Of a stretch of DNA of 64,000 nucleotides, positions 1-11,390 are shown in pieces. The DNA comes from Phyllosticta citribraziliensis. Taxonomy: Eukaryota. Made by a program: the position numbers and the translations under genes. Location: the NCBI RefSeq assembly GCF_038025025.1, contig NW_027117348.1, positions 186,001 through 250,000 on the forward strand, given 5' to 3'. The notes below the pieces were generated by a model that was not told the origin of the DNA, searched no databases, and was given only the letters and a program-made list of their open reading frames with translations. Each line of letters starts with the position of its first letter. The stretch's first letter is position 1.

Positions 1-2
1 AA

Positions 3-1013
3 GAGGAAAAACCAGGATACTTTGATAGACTACCAAGCCTCTACGCCAAGTTTGCGCCTTCTTGGACGAGCAAGTGGCTGGAACGGAAGAGAAGGAGGAT
101 GCAGATTTGCTCGGTGTTGGTGCCACATCTTGCTTACTTTCAGGACTATGTTCGGATCGTGATTCTCAGCAATGAGCATCTCCGAGCCGCGGCGCGAGGA
201 GTAGCGGAGTTGACCGGGGTTGATGATTCTCCAGTCAGTTTCGACGACACAATCCCACCACCTGTCATCGTGACCAGCGACGATCTCAACTTGCCGACGA
301 TTTCCTTGACCAGTCATGATGAAGGTGCAGCTGAAGCAGCGAAGACTTCTTATCCCGCTGAGGGAGTTGAGGGAAACCAGACGTCCACCACTCCAATATT
401 GCCGAATCATTCCCCCCGGGGGCCTGCTTACCGGGCAAGTGTTTGGAGTCCTGTGCACAAGACCGATGAGGAGGCGTCGAAAGAGGCTCTGGGCGAGAGT
501 CAATCGGACACGACACCGCAAATCGCCGGAACGAGTCCAACTGCACCTACTGAACCGAGGACCGGAGGAGACGCATCAGCTGAAAAAGGAAAAGAAAACA
601 GCCCCGTTGAGAACGAAGCGCCGACAGTCGATGATGCCAGTCTGACGTCGAGTCTGGAGCCAAGCACCAACGAAGTCGCAGCGCAGACAGAAGCTGAAAA
701 CGTCTCGCCTTCTCCTCATCAAGCTGTCCCTAGCTGCGAACCTGGATCAACTTTACCTTGTGATCTTCCGGTCCAGACTGGAGGGGTTACATTGCCAGAA
801 GCCGAGGAGAGCATCCCTCCCTCAACCAGCAGCATCAACGAAACCCCGTCGCAGCGCAACTCGCATCTCGGAAACGCGGCACGAGAGGCCAAGAAAGAAG
901 GCTCCAAACCTGCCACTCCAGCTGCTCCGGCGACCATTGACGACATTTTCCGGGCTTGGGACAAGATTGTGGGAGGCATCAGCTTGGTTATTGAGAGGGA
1001 GTTTAGGACTTGA
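3..1013 (+). CDS. 3' part of a hypothetical protein with a long low-complexity S/T/P/E-rich tail (5'-truncated by the window edge)
   Basis: The frame is open from position 3 (EEKPGYFDRLPSLY...MQICSVLVPHL) to TGA at 1011-1013. No domain recognised. Confidence 0.55.
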   Translation, partial: EEKPGYFDRLPSLYAKFAPSWTSKWLERKRRRMQICSVLVPHLAYFQDYVRIVILSNEHLRAAARGVAELTGVDDSPVSFDDTIPPPVIVTSDDLNLPTISLTSHDEGAAEAAKTSYPAEGVEGNQTSTTPILPNHSPRGPAYRASVWSPVHKTDEEASKEALGESQSDTTPQIAGTSPTAPTEPRTGGDASAEKGKENSPVENEAPTVDDASLTSSLEPSTNEVAAQTEAENVSPSPHQAVPSCEPGSTLPCDLPVQTGGVTLPEAEESIPPSTSSINETPSQRNSHLGNAAREAKKEGSKPATPAAPATIDDIFRAWDKIVGGISLVIEREFRT

Positions 1014-3525
1014 TTTGTTTGCAAGGCCTGGTAATGGATTTGTTGACGTTTGTTGCTTGATGGCGGCGAAGAATACAGAAAGGCGTGATCTAGTTTGTTT
1101 TCGGTCGAATTCTCAGCTCTTTCGCAATGTCTGCTCCAAACCTAGGTGTATCCGCGTTCCATTGATTTTTTCAAAGAAAACGTAGTTGTGCAGCTCCAAG
1201 AAAATAGCCACATGGCTCGTCCTGCCGCTTGTTGCTTGTACGTGTTCAACATGGCAGTGTTACTCAACGACTCCAAATGTAAAAGCCACCACGAAATATA
1301 TCGCCAACCCCAAGCTCCTGGATTTCACGACACGTAGCCACCGGCCTGAAACGTGGATCCGCCATGAAGCCGGTAACAAAACCTGATGTTTTCTCGGCGC
1401 ATCGACAAGACGCGGTTGTAGAGGATTGTCGCGAGCAATACTTCGAGCGTGACGTACTGGCCTTGATCTACGCTCGGTTGGCACCTTGCGTTGTCGAAAT
1501 TCTGTGGAGTGGGGAACAAAGCGAGTATTTCGATCAGGACAGTGAACCGAAGAGTCGCCCGCCTGGTGGATGAATGAGCTACTTTCGACTCTCGGTTTTG
1601 TTGTGACACTCACCTTGAACGATGCGCTGCAAGCCCGAGATACTAAAGAGCATGTGGATGTCGTGATACTTCCCGGCTCAACAGCGCAGTGGTCAAATTG
1701 CGTAAGAGTAATGTGCGGAGTCGACGAAGACGAGCTGCGCAAGACGGGGCTGCTGGCGACAGAGCAGCAGAATGCAAAGAGGAGACATGCAGCAGAAGGG
1801 TGTGGCCGCAGTGAGATACGTGTAATGATTGGGTTTGTTATCCAGCCGGCAGCCCGTTCGGAAAAAGATGCACCGCAGCACTCGGCCATCTATCCTCGGC
1901 CTCGGTCCTCTCACGACTCCCACTAGCTAGAAAGACAAATTAGAGGGATAATTTATCCCCGGGTGTAAAGCTGCACCCTTTGCGAGCTAGTTTGGCAGCG
2001 TTGGCGACCCTTCCCACTGAACATTCTCCAATTGTCTATGCTTTGCTGACGGCATTCCCGCAGATGTTCGTTCCACCGCATCGTAACCTTTCTTGCGAAC
2101 AACCTCCGTCGTGATCACGATACCCAAACTGCCACTATCCACCTGGCGAACACGTCGAATGCCGTAGATATAAATACTTCCAAGAGATACAATTTTGGGA
2201 ATGGAAAATTCCAGGCTGGCGTCCACAGTACGGGTGATGCTTGCAGGCCGCTCGAAACGCAGGAATGACACTTCCAGCGGCGCAAGGCGCGCCTCACAAG
2301 TCCACGTCGTGGCCCAGGAGCTGCTGCGCTCATCAAGGCCGGCCCTTCACCTCCCGCCTAGATTATGATTTCCTCCTTCGTATCGTCCTCGCAGTATCTG
2401 GGCCTTGAGGGCAAGCAACGCGCAAATCCACATTCGCCCGTACACGAAGGAAAGTGCACGATGTGGACCTTGGGTGAATCGCACTTTGCGGCCGAAGTAT
2501 GTATCTCGGGGAAATCTCATAGACGAGGGTCGAGGGGACAGTTCTCTCCGCAGCAATGGAGAAGCGACACGGCTTGCGGGACTCTGTTCGATGGTTTGTA
2601 CTAGCTTGGATGGGCTTGGAGTGTTGGGTCTTTGGTGGCTTGTCACTTCGTCGAGGACACTGACGGCTGGGCCGCTCGCGCCGCGTCCATTCAGCGCGAT
2701 GTTTTTCAGAGGCAGTCCTTCAAGTCGAATAGGATTGACCGTCTGCTTTCGCCCCGTTCTGCCCCCGCTGAAGCCCAGAAAAGCGTGAGGGTCAAGGATG
2801 GAAGAACGAGAAGCATTCGGGATGGCTTTGTGACGTCTCCGCCCGCGAGCATCTCTAGAGAGCCAGTGATTCGCGTCCATTGCGTGCGCGAACGCGCAGA
2901 CGATCGACTTGCTGCTTGGCTCTGGTGTTCGAACTGTATCGGAACTATGCGCGTGGTACTGAAACGGCCGTCTTCAACACCAAGCCGAGGGCAGCCCCAG
3001 AGGTAAACAAGAGACACGACGAATCGAGACCGACCCTTCTTTGAACGCCGGCCTGAAGCCAACGAATCAACGAAAAGTGAGTCGCGTCAGCCCGAAGTAG
3101 TGCTAGCCGGGCGACACTGCGAGAGAAGCGGGTAGGCAAGCCCAGAGCCACTCCCCTCAATGTTCAAAAACTGAGTAGAGCTTTTGCCCGGAGGCAGAGC
3201 AGCGTTTTAAGACTGCTTAAACTATATATTGCACACAGTCTAAGCCAAATGGCAAAGGAGCTGAAGAGGAAAGGAAGAGGAGCGGAGGCAGAGCGCAAGT
3301 GTTAAAAACAGCGCCCAACACACGGACCTCCGGCGCCCGGCCGGAAGTATCGCATCGTAAAGCAGGCGGTCCGGTTTCGGTTGCTTGGTGGGCGTGGGCG
3401 CCGTGGTGTTTACAGTCTGCGGGCGCTTCCTCTGTGACAACATCCAAATATCACCTCAGAATTCCTGGTGCATCTCGACAAATGGTATAACAACTTTGCA
3501 CACATCTTGGTAGTCTTGAGGCTGA

Positions 3526-4435
3526 TCAAACTACAAGCAAAGCAAAGAACCAGATTTGGCCATGTCCACTCGACGCGGGAATGATGCCGACGTGCAGAGG
3601 TCGGCCGTCGTCGTCGAGGAAGCCTTTCAAGAGTACTTCAGATGCCACGAAGTTGATGACGGTTGAAAGCCTTTTCAAAAGATTCACATGAGCGGGGATG
3701 AGTTTCTGGCTTTGAAGGTCAAGTGCAACCCGAAAATTTGTCACTCTACGCAGCACCGGGAAAAACTATGTGAGCTTTTGCCAAACCCCAGACTCAATGC
3801 AAGAGCTGACACCAGCCAGGACCATGGGCTACGTGGTGAACCAAGGCGGAATGCTCCCACACCACCGCACACACTTTCATCTCAACCGGACTGGCCATGT
3901 CGTAGACTGAGGTGCCAGATACGCACCAGGTGCAGCGCAAGAGTCAAGATTTAGACCGAGGGATTCCACCGCAATCGGGAGCTGGAGCATGTCACACCGA
4001 AGCGCAGATGCCCGTATCCGCCTAGAGACTTTGGAGGTTGCTCACAAATCCAGCCACGAGGGCACCGTCTTGAAGAGAATGTTGCGGGAGGACCTGAGGT
4101 GTCGCAGGTGTCGCAGCTGCACCATGTACTTTGCCATCAGCCTGGATGACGAGACGAAGCTCGTCTCGTGCACCATCATGGTCGGCTGGTGGTCGATACG
4201 GAGTCGCCCTCGCGATGACGACGTTCCCCGAACGCACGCGACGATACACACCAAGTTTCTTAGGAACGAGACCCGGTCCCTGGATCTGTTCGACAGCCCC
4301 CTCAGAACATTCTCGGCAGATAAGTTGTCGGCAGGGCATTTTGACGCAGACCAGAACTTGTCTCTGGGCTACCATCAATGGTGTTGTACAATCTGGATGG
4401 ACGGACGGCCGCAGAGGGTTCGATGACGTTGGCAT
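3526..4435 (-). pseudogene. Probable degraded gene next to the AT-rich island
   Basis: Protein-like segments occur in shifting frames (3526-3756, 4042-4254, 4022-4435 with CVKMPCRQLICREC) and are separated by stops. No consistent intron model found. Confidence 0.25.
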
Positions 4436-5530
4436 AAGGTTTAGCTATATAAGGAGTAACAATTGATATAAGTAAAGGCATAGAACTAGATGTAATATAT
4501 ATACGAAACTGATTATCTTTCTTTTTTTATAAAGTACAATTTAAACTATAACGAATAATTAAAACATTTATTAACCTAACTACATCAGATATAATAAAAT
4601 AATTAGTATAAATAGTTAAACTAAAGTCTCTAGTAGAACCGTCCCCTATAATAAGATGCGCTAAAGCTATTAGAGTTAAAAGTTTATAAATATTAGCTAG
4701 AATAGTTTTTAAAGTAGGACGGGCCCTATTAATATAGAATATAGAATAAAGTTTACTAATATAAGGTAAGGCTCTTATATAAAACTCTAATTCTAGAGTT
4801 TTAACTCTAGCTCTTTCCCCTTTAACTAAATAAGGTAAATGAGAATAATAATAAGCTAATATAGAAAATATAAATTATATATATTTAGACTTTTCTAAAT
4901 ACTATTTAAACTATAAACTTTTATTAATACTATAATTTATAGTTATAAAGCTACTATTAGATAAAAGAAGACCTATTATAATACTTATATAAAAAGGGGA
5001 TAATTTTATTATATTTCTCTCCTCTTTTATAAATATACTGCCTACTATGCTATATAGATTAGAACCTTAAATTACTAAGGCTAAATAAGTTAAATAGCCT
5101 AGGTTTTTAAATAAATAAAACTATCCTAATTCTATTTTAAATAGTATTCCTTTATTTATAATATAAAGTATATATTATATATTCTTCTTCTTTTTTAAGT
5201 TAGAATTAGAAATATTTATACACCTTATAGGTATTAATATATAGCAAGCCTTTATAATATTATTAAAAATATAAGCTATTATTTATTTATCTAGTTCCTT
5301 TTTTATTTTATTATTTCTAATAAAATAAAAAAGGAATAAAGTATAAAAAATAAATAATTTATTTAAAGGTAAAGTATGCTTATTTATACTAATATTAGAC
5401 CTAGTAGAATTAGATAATACTTTTATTTTAGATATTTTAACACTTATTAAATACTGATCTTTATATAATGTATTTAACCCGAATTTACTTTTAGATAAAA
5501 TATGATTATTAATAGATTTTACATCTACAT
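4430..5530. repeat. AT-rich island with RIP-like signature (mutated repeat relic; origin unidentified)
   Basis: There is an abrupt drop in GC relative to the flanks, a visible excess of TpA and scarcity of CpA/TpG, and many stop codons. Confidence 0.8.
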
Positions 5531-6093
5531 TAAGATCAGATGCAGCTTTACGTGGGACGGAACGGGACGCAACTACGAGTGCCACCTTCCCTATTTGTCT
5601 TTGCTGGACCAGGGTAAGTACGAGCATCCCCGCACACTACAAGCCCTCGATTTCTCCATCAACCACGGCGCCTGTTCTCTCGTATTTGCGACCAGGATCG
5701 GGAGTTCCGAGTGCACTGTCAGCATGGAAAGCAGCTTTTCTGACTCGACGGAAATGGCTAACAAGTTCCAGGAACACGGTCACGATTCACGAGCCGAACG
5801 CGATTCCCCAAATCTGGTTCATTCAGGTAGTGATCAATTGATTGTCTCAGTGTTGTGCAAGATCTGCACCCCATACGAGCCGCGTGAAACTGAAAAGCGG
5901 AGAAAGCGTTCGCGAGACCGGGGAGAGGGCCTGTTTCGGCGATACAGCCACCGGCGGTTATGCACGAAACACTGCACGGCTGCGAGGCGATCAGGCGAGA
6001 CCAGGGGTACCGCCAACACAAAAGGGGTGCCTTCGCTGCACTCTCGCTCCGACGGGCTGTCGAAAGCGCAAGTAACAAAAGACAGTGAACACC

Positions 6094-7520
6094 ATGCGGC
6101 AGTCTCTCGCGCTCACTGCAGCGCTCGCCGGCCTCGCACGAGCATCCCTGCAAATCATCCCTGGCGCAACATGGACCGTCCAAGACACAGGTGAACACCT
6201 GCAAGCGCACGGCGCTGGCGTCATCCAGGTTGACGGCACATTCTACATGATCGGCGAAGACAAGACCGACGGCTCCAACTTCCAAAACATCAACTGCTAC
6301 TCTTCGACGGACCTGGTGGAGTGGAGCTACGTGGGCGCGCTTTTGACGTTGCAGGACAGCGGCGATTTGGGACCAGACCGCGTTGTCGAGCGGCCCAAGG
6401 TCATCTACAATGATGACACGAGCACATATGTCATGTATTTGCATATCGATGACTCGAGCTACGCCGAAGCAAAGGTTGGCGTCGCGACTTCGTCGAGTGT
6501 CTGTGGGTCCTACGATTATCAGGGCAGTTTTCAGCCGCTGGACCATCAGAGCCGGGACATCAATTTGTTCAAGGACGACGATGGCACGGGGTACCTGTTG
6601 ACCGAGGATGTAAGCATCCTTTCGATACAACCCGATATGGGTTTTGCTAACAAAGCCAGCGCGAAAACGGACTACGCATCGAAAAGCTGAGCTCAGACTA
6701 TCTCAGCGTCGAGAACAACACGTACCTCTTCTCCAACAGCGACTTGGGCATCGAAGCATCCGCCTTACTCAGGATCGACTCGACCTACTACCTCTTCGGC
6801 TCGCAACTCACCGGCTGGGACCCCAACGACAACTACTACGCCACAGCCACATCGCTCTCCGGGCCGTGGTCCGACTGGGCCCTGTTCGCCGACTCAGGGA
6901 GCAACACGTACAGCTCGCAGACGAACTTTGTCCTGAAGATCGAAGGCAGCTCGAAGACGACGGCCATCTACCTGGGAGACCGGTGGCACAGCGACGCGCT
7001 CTTTTCGAGCACGTATGTGTGGCTGCCTTTGACCATCGACGGGACGTCCGTCAGCATGAAGAACCAAGTCAACTGGGTCATCGACACGGCGACAGGCGAG
7101 TGGAGCGCCGGGCCCAGCGAGACGGAGTACGAGGGCGAAGACGCAACGCTTTCCAACGACGCCTCGTCCGTGAGCTGTGATGGATGTTCGGGAGGCAACG
7201 CGGCGGGGTACATTGGCGGCGACTCTGCTCCGGGTGGCACGGCGACTTTTAGCAATGTCAGCAGCCAGGCCTCTACGACGACGACGATGAGGATCAAGTA
7301 CCAGAATTTGGATAGCACCGCGCGGTATGCGGCTGTGTCGGTGAACGGAAAGGAGGTCGGTACGCAGGTTGCTTTTCTCCCGACTACCCAGGGCACGCCG
7401 GGGACAAGTGTCGTTCATGTGAAGTTGGCCGAGGGAGATGCGAATGAGGTTGTGCTTGCCGGGGTTGAAGGGAAGGGATACGGCCCGGATGTTGACAGAT
7501 TGATGGTGCCAGTGTCGTGA
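6094..7520 (+). CDS. Secreted GH43 glycoside hydrolase (exo-beta-1,3-galactanase-like, GH43_24) with a C-terminal CBM35/CBM6-like module, ~458 aa
   Basis: Exons are 6094-6609 and 6660-7520 (GTAAGC..GCTAAC..CAG intron). It has signal peptide MRQSLALTAALAGLARA and motifs LQAHGAG, FYMIGE, VVERPKVIYN, SRDINLF, GWDPNDN, YSSQT and YLGDRW. The CBM begins YEGEDATL..C..CSGG.AAGYIGG. Confidence 0.9.
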
Positions 7521-7982
7521 GTTCTCCAAGGGAGGCTCAGCAGGATGCGAAGGAAATCGAGAAACTTGACGACTCTTCTCTCGCTCTACTTATCCGTCAC
7601 TCCCAAATTCCCATCCAGCTCGTCACGGTTGAACAAACAATGCTTCAGCCCCGCTCTTTGGACTTACTAACTCCTTATCTGGGGAGGCTTTAGTCGGCTT
7701 CGTCAAAGCAATACTGTTGAGTCTCGTCTTTCGACCCCTATCACTTCAGTAGCACTCAAACAAGAGCGTGTTACCTGTTCTTGGGAACATGGAACCAGAC
7801 GGAGCACAAAGTCTTTGTTTTCCAGTGTTGCTCTCAAAAGCCTATTGTCCAACTCCTTCCCGGAACTGGCTGCTTTGTTCAAATACAATCGACCACAATG
7901 GCGATTGTATAAGAGTCAAAAAGAAGACTTCTCGGATTTCAACAACAAACACCATCCGAAACACTTTCTGCCATCTTCCAAC

Positions 7983-8735
7983 ATGTTTTCCACCAGGCCT
8001 AGCAGTTTGCAGCATGAAAATGGTGCCGCAATTAACCTTGCGCGTGGCCGTGCCGCCGAATTTATCGACCGGCCGCTCGAGGAGGGTGAAGAACTCGATC
8101 GAGCTGCCATGGGCGCGATAGATGAAGATTTCGATGACGACGCAACTGAGTTGCAGTATGAAGACTCCGACGACGACGCAATTTACTACGACTATGACCA
8201 CTTCGGACCCTCAGACCCCCACGTCAGAAGCATGTCAGCGATGAAATTCATCAAACTGCTGTGGAAACGCATTGTAGAACTCCCAGGCCGCAGCACTTGG
8301 CCAGACCTGGTCCGCACACAGTGTCATGCTGTGTTCTTTCTAGTGGTAGCCAAGGGAGCCTGTGAACACGACGATCTAATTGCGAGTTGGTACAACCGCT
8401 GGTATAGAGACCTGGAGCATTACCGTAACAATATCGTCATCCAGGGCATCCCCGATCGCGATGTTAATATGCTAGAACTCGCCGACCGCATCTACTATGA
8501 CACTGTCCGCGAGGTGGATTCCTTATCGATGGAGGATGGCAATCCATTTTCCTCAGGGCGAGCGGTTCAGCTGCTGGAAGTTTATTCTCTGCTTTTCTCT
8601 GCTAGATTCCTCCGGAGGGTCGCTCGCATCGATCCTTCGCGCAATATGGCCTTTGCCGGGTTCCAAACTGCTGTCATGCGGAGAGCGGTCGATCTTGGTG
8701 GCGAACTTGCCGAACCTATCCTCCTCCAGATGTAG
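7983..8735 (+). CDS. Hypothetical protein (~250 aa) with an acidic N-terminal stretch
   Basis: Long ORF open from 7815, first ATG at 7983, with protein-like composition. No domain recognised. Confidence 0.5.
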   Translation: MFSTRPSSLQHENGAAINLARGRAAEFIDRPLEEGEELDRAAMGAIDEDFDDDATELQYEDSDDDAIYYDYDHFGPSDPHVRSMSAMKFIKLLWKRIVELPGRSTWPDLVRTQCHAVFFLVVAKGACEHDDLIASWYNRWYRDLEHYRNNIVIQGIPDRDVNMLELADRIYYDTVREVDSLSMEDGNPFSSGRAVQLLEVYSLLFSARFLRRVARIDPSRNMAFAGFQTAVMRRAVDLGGELAEPILLQM

Positions 8736-9196
8736 TGGTGAGCAAGAAAGCAGTCTGAAAGCGTTGTTCAGCTATAGCTCCAATCAAAAGATAGAAAATT
8801 TTCCACGTCCTTCCCTGTCCAGCGTGAAAGGTGCCCAGTTTGGTGAGCCCCCTTTGTCAGATATCGACTCCCCTCCCTAATTAGGTGCAGTACACATCTG
8901 CTTTATCCACTCACCTACTACTTACCTGCGCCTTGCGACGTTAGTTACATTATTGCCCCATTTAGCCGCGATGTATCGCCCACTGCCCACCCACCGCGTC
9001 GACCACCCACGTCCACTGACCCACGTCCACTGCATCGTCAGCCGCGTCAATACCAACCGAGACTGTGGGACAAGGTAGACTTGTATGGAAGCAACGCGAC
9101 ACACAAAATCATCAACAAATGTTCGATTTCTTGTCAACTCGTTCTCGTCCAAATCATTCTGACACCATCCAACCAGCTCCAACCCTATCTCCAGCC

Positions 9197-10654
9197 TCAA
9201 TACCGACACCGGCCGCAGTACCCACATGAATCCGACGAGCAAGCAGTGTAGTCGAGCTCCGACTGCTCCGACTCTCCGTCCGAGTCCGAAACAATGACAC
9301 CCCCGATGGGACTCGCCGGCGACGAGTAAAACTCCTCATCGCTGCCATCCTTCCCGGACGACGCCTCGCTGTGAGGTTTGCTGACCGCTGCGCCATCGAT
9401 CCACCACTCTTTCACATCCTCTGGCAACACCTCCACGGCATTGCTCGCCTGCCCCCGAATCTCCAACACATCCAACTCCTTGCGGCGGACCTCCAGCTTC
9501 TTGTCCGGGTGCGCCTTCGCCAGAGCCGAAATCTTGCGCAGGACCGCCGCCAACTGGGCCAGCTTGTCCTGGTGCTGGTCCTCGAAAGCGTCAAGATTCT
9601 TGCGCACGTCGTCGACACGGATGTCTTTGAACGTGCCCCATTCATGGAAGGCGAGAACAAAGTTGGGCGTTTGCGAGAGCCACAGCCGCTGGACCTCTTC
9701 GCCCAAGACGTCCTGGTCCATCCGCTTGACCGAGCGCGTCTTCAGGTCGAACACGGTGCCTTGTGCAATTTTTCGACCGCCCGTCACCACTTTCAAGCTC
9801 GTGCCGGTGTCGATGGTCAGATGCGGGTACTCGTCGTCACAGTCGTCGCCTTCGGGATCCAAGTTCTTCAAGTACCCGTCACTCTCGTACCGGACGACGC
9901 AGTTGAGCCCAGCAAAGTCGTACTGCACGATGCGCTGATGAGACTGGGAGCCCTTGGTAAGTCCTTCCCACGTCGTGTATGCCTCGGGAAAAGTATGACC
10001 GAACCCTCTGACGCCCTGAAGTGTTTCCGTGGGCGAGTTTTCGTGTCGCACGAAAAAGACGGTGTTGCCGACGACTTGTACAAGGAACCGAAAGGGCCGA
10101 TCAGACTTGCGGACGAAGCGGAGAAGGTTTCCCAGTGTGCTCCCACAGGCGAAAATGTCGACGTTACCAGACGCAAACTCGCGATTCATGGCAAATATCG
10201 CGCGCACCGATGGCTCCGTTGGATGCTTGGGGTAGCGTGCGGCGTTGGCGTCACGATAGTAGACGCCCGCGTCTTCTTGCAATTGTTTCGGTTCCTCGAG
10301 AGGTGTCCAGGCGGGTGGAGATCCTGAACTGTCAGTTTGAAAGAATATGCTAAGATTTGAAAACTTGCCTGGTATCATGATTGTTGGGCTTTCCCCTTTC
10401 TCAATCCAGTTGTACGACGAAATATATTGGCAATTGGTAATCTTGGCCAGGCTGCGCTCATCCGGCTTAGAGTCCAAGTCCAGCTCGATGGTGTTCAAGA
10501 TGGGTCCCACCGGCGGAGACGGTGGTCTCGATTGCTCCTGTGGCTTTTCCCTCCGCGAAGTGTTGCTGTATCCGGACCCACCTCGGCCCCTACCACGAGT
10601 ACGACCGTATGGACGCCCACGCAAGTTTCCACGCTGCAAAAACTGGTCAGTCAT
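9197..10654 (-). CDS. DXO/Rai1-like PD-(D/E)XK nuclease-fold protein (~470 aa) with an RG-rich N-terminus and C-terminal Cys cluster; resembles fungal proteins often labelled 'geranylgeranyl pyrophosphate synthetase'
   Basis: Exons are 10654-10369 and 10323-9197, with a 45-nt in-frame GC-AG intron. Motifs in order are VDIFACGSTLGNLL, GFGHTFPE, VRYESDG, FDLKT and RLWLSQTP. The N-terminus has RGRPYGRTRGRGRGG and the C-terminus is DYTACSSDSCGYCGRCRY. No DDxxD prenyltransferase motif pair is present. Confidence 0.7.
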   Translation of the reverse strand: MTDQFLQRGNLRGRPYGRTRGRGRGGSGYSNTSRREKPQEQSRPPSPPVGPILNTIELDLDSKPDERSLAKITNCQYISSYNWIEKGESPTIMIPGKFSNLSIFFQTDSSGSPPAWTPLEEPKQLQEDAGVYYRDANAARYPKHPTEPSVRAIFAMNREFASGNVDIFACGSTLGNLLRFVRKSDRPFRFLVQVVGNTVFFVRHENSPTETLQGVRGFGHTFPEAYTTWEGLTKGSQSHQRIVQYDFAGLNCVVRYESDGYLKNLDPEGDDCDDEYPHLTIDTGTSLKVVTGGRKIAQGTVFDLKTRSVKRMDQDVLGEEVQRLWLSQTPNFVLAFHEWGTFKDIRVDDVRKNLDAFEDQHQDKLAQLAAVLRKISALAKAHPDKKLEVRRKELDVLEIRGQASNAVEVLPEDVKEWWIDGAAVSKPHSEASSGKDGSDEEFYSSPASPIGGVIVSDSDGESEQSELDYTACSSDSCGYCGRCRY

Positions 10655-11390
10655 GGTCTGAAAGATACGCAGAGCTTCAGGAATCCCAGCAACTGGCACG
10701 TGTGGATCATATACAGCCCTGCAGATCAAGTGTTCGGCGCCCTGTGGAGCGGGGAGTAGCATGGTTTGACCCAGTTTGGTCTCACGTCCAAACACAAGCC
10801 TTTGTCACAAACGCTGCCACGACATCCATTCAGGCTCTCGGGCGGGAGTGGAAGTCCCCGTTCTGCAGGGATACTGGGGGCGGTGACGAAACTCTGATCA
10901 ATCATCTCCAATCGATAAGCAGTTTCAACAGTGGTCAAGGATCAGAACGTGCTTTGCTTTTCCGCGATTTGCTCCCCTCTGCAACTAAACTTTGGTGCAA
11001 CGCGAACGGCAATCGAACTTGCCACCGCATTTGCGGCAGTCCAAGCAAAGGCATGATCAATCATTGGGTGCCTGCGAAGAATTCGCACTCTTGGCCACAG
11101 CCAGAACGGCAAAAGAAGGTTCGAGGAGCAAGAAAAGCGCAGAACTATCCCGATGCCTCGAACGGAAACGCCAAAAATGGCTCATTGGAAGCAAACAAAC
11201 TCATACTCAAAGGCCGATGCGGAATTGCTCTCGAGCCCACCAGAGGGCTGGCAGGGTAATGAGTCACCTTGTCCTATCGCATCCTAAACTCCCTTGGGAT
11301 CTCCTCCCGTTCGCTTGAGTCCTCTTTTTGATGCACCATTCCATTCACAAACCACCTATATTTGATCCCAAAGAATTACCAAACTCAGCC
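10655..11390. promoter_or_regulatory. Probable bidirectional promoter between the divergent nuclease-like and helicase-AAA genes
   Basis: 736 bp separate the two divergent ATGs. TGATCAATCAT occurs at 10895 and 11054; GAACGG(C/A)AA occurs at 11004, 11104 and 11160. Confidence 0.5.

Noticed and set aside
4487..5527. 9-bp inverted repeat TAGATGTAA/TTACATCTA near the edges of the AT-rich island as transposon TIRs
   Set aside because: It is too short for such AT-rich DNA, there is no clear target-site duplication and no transposase remnant was recognised.
9371..10327. 318-aa + strand ORF, and similar long antisense ORFs at 5758-6630, 12092-12865, 24668-25750 and 43437-44720
   Set aside because: These are shadow ORFs opposite well-supported GC-rich genes and have no motifs of their own.
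9197..10654. Geranylgeranyl pyrophosphate synthase / terpene cluster call
   Set aside because: There are no prenyltransferase aspartate-rich motif pairs and no neighbouring biosynthetic genes.
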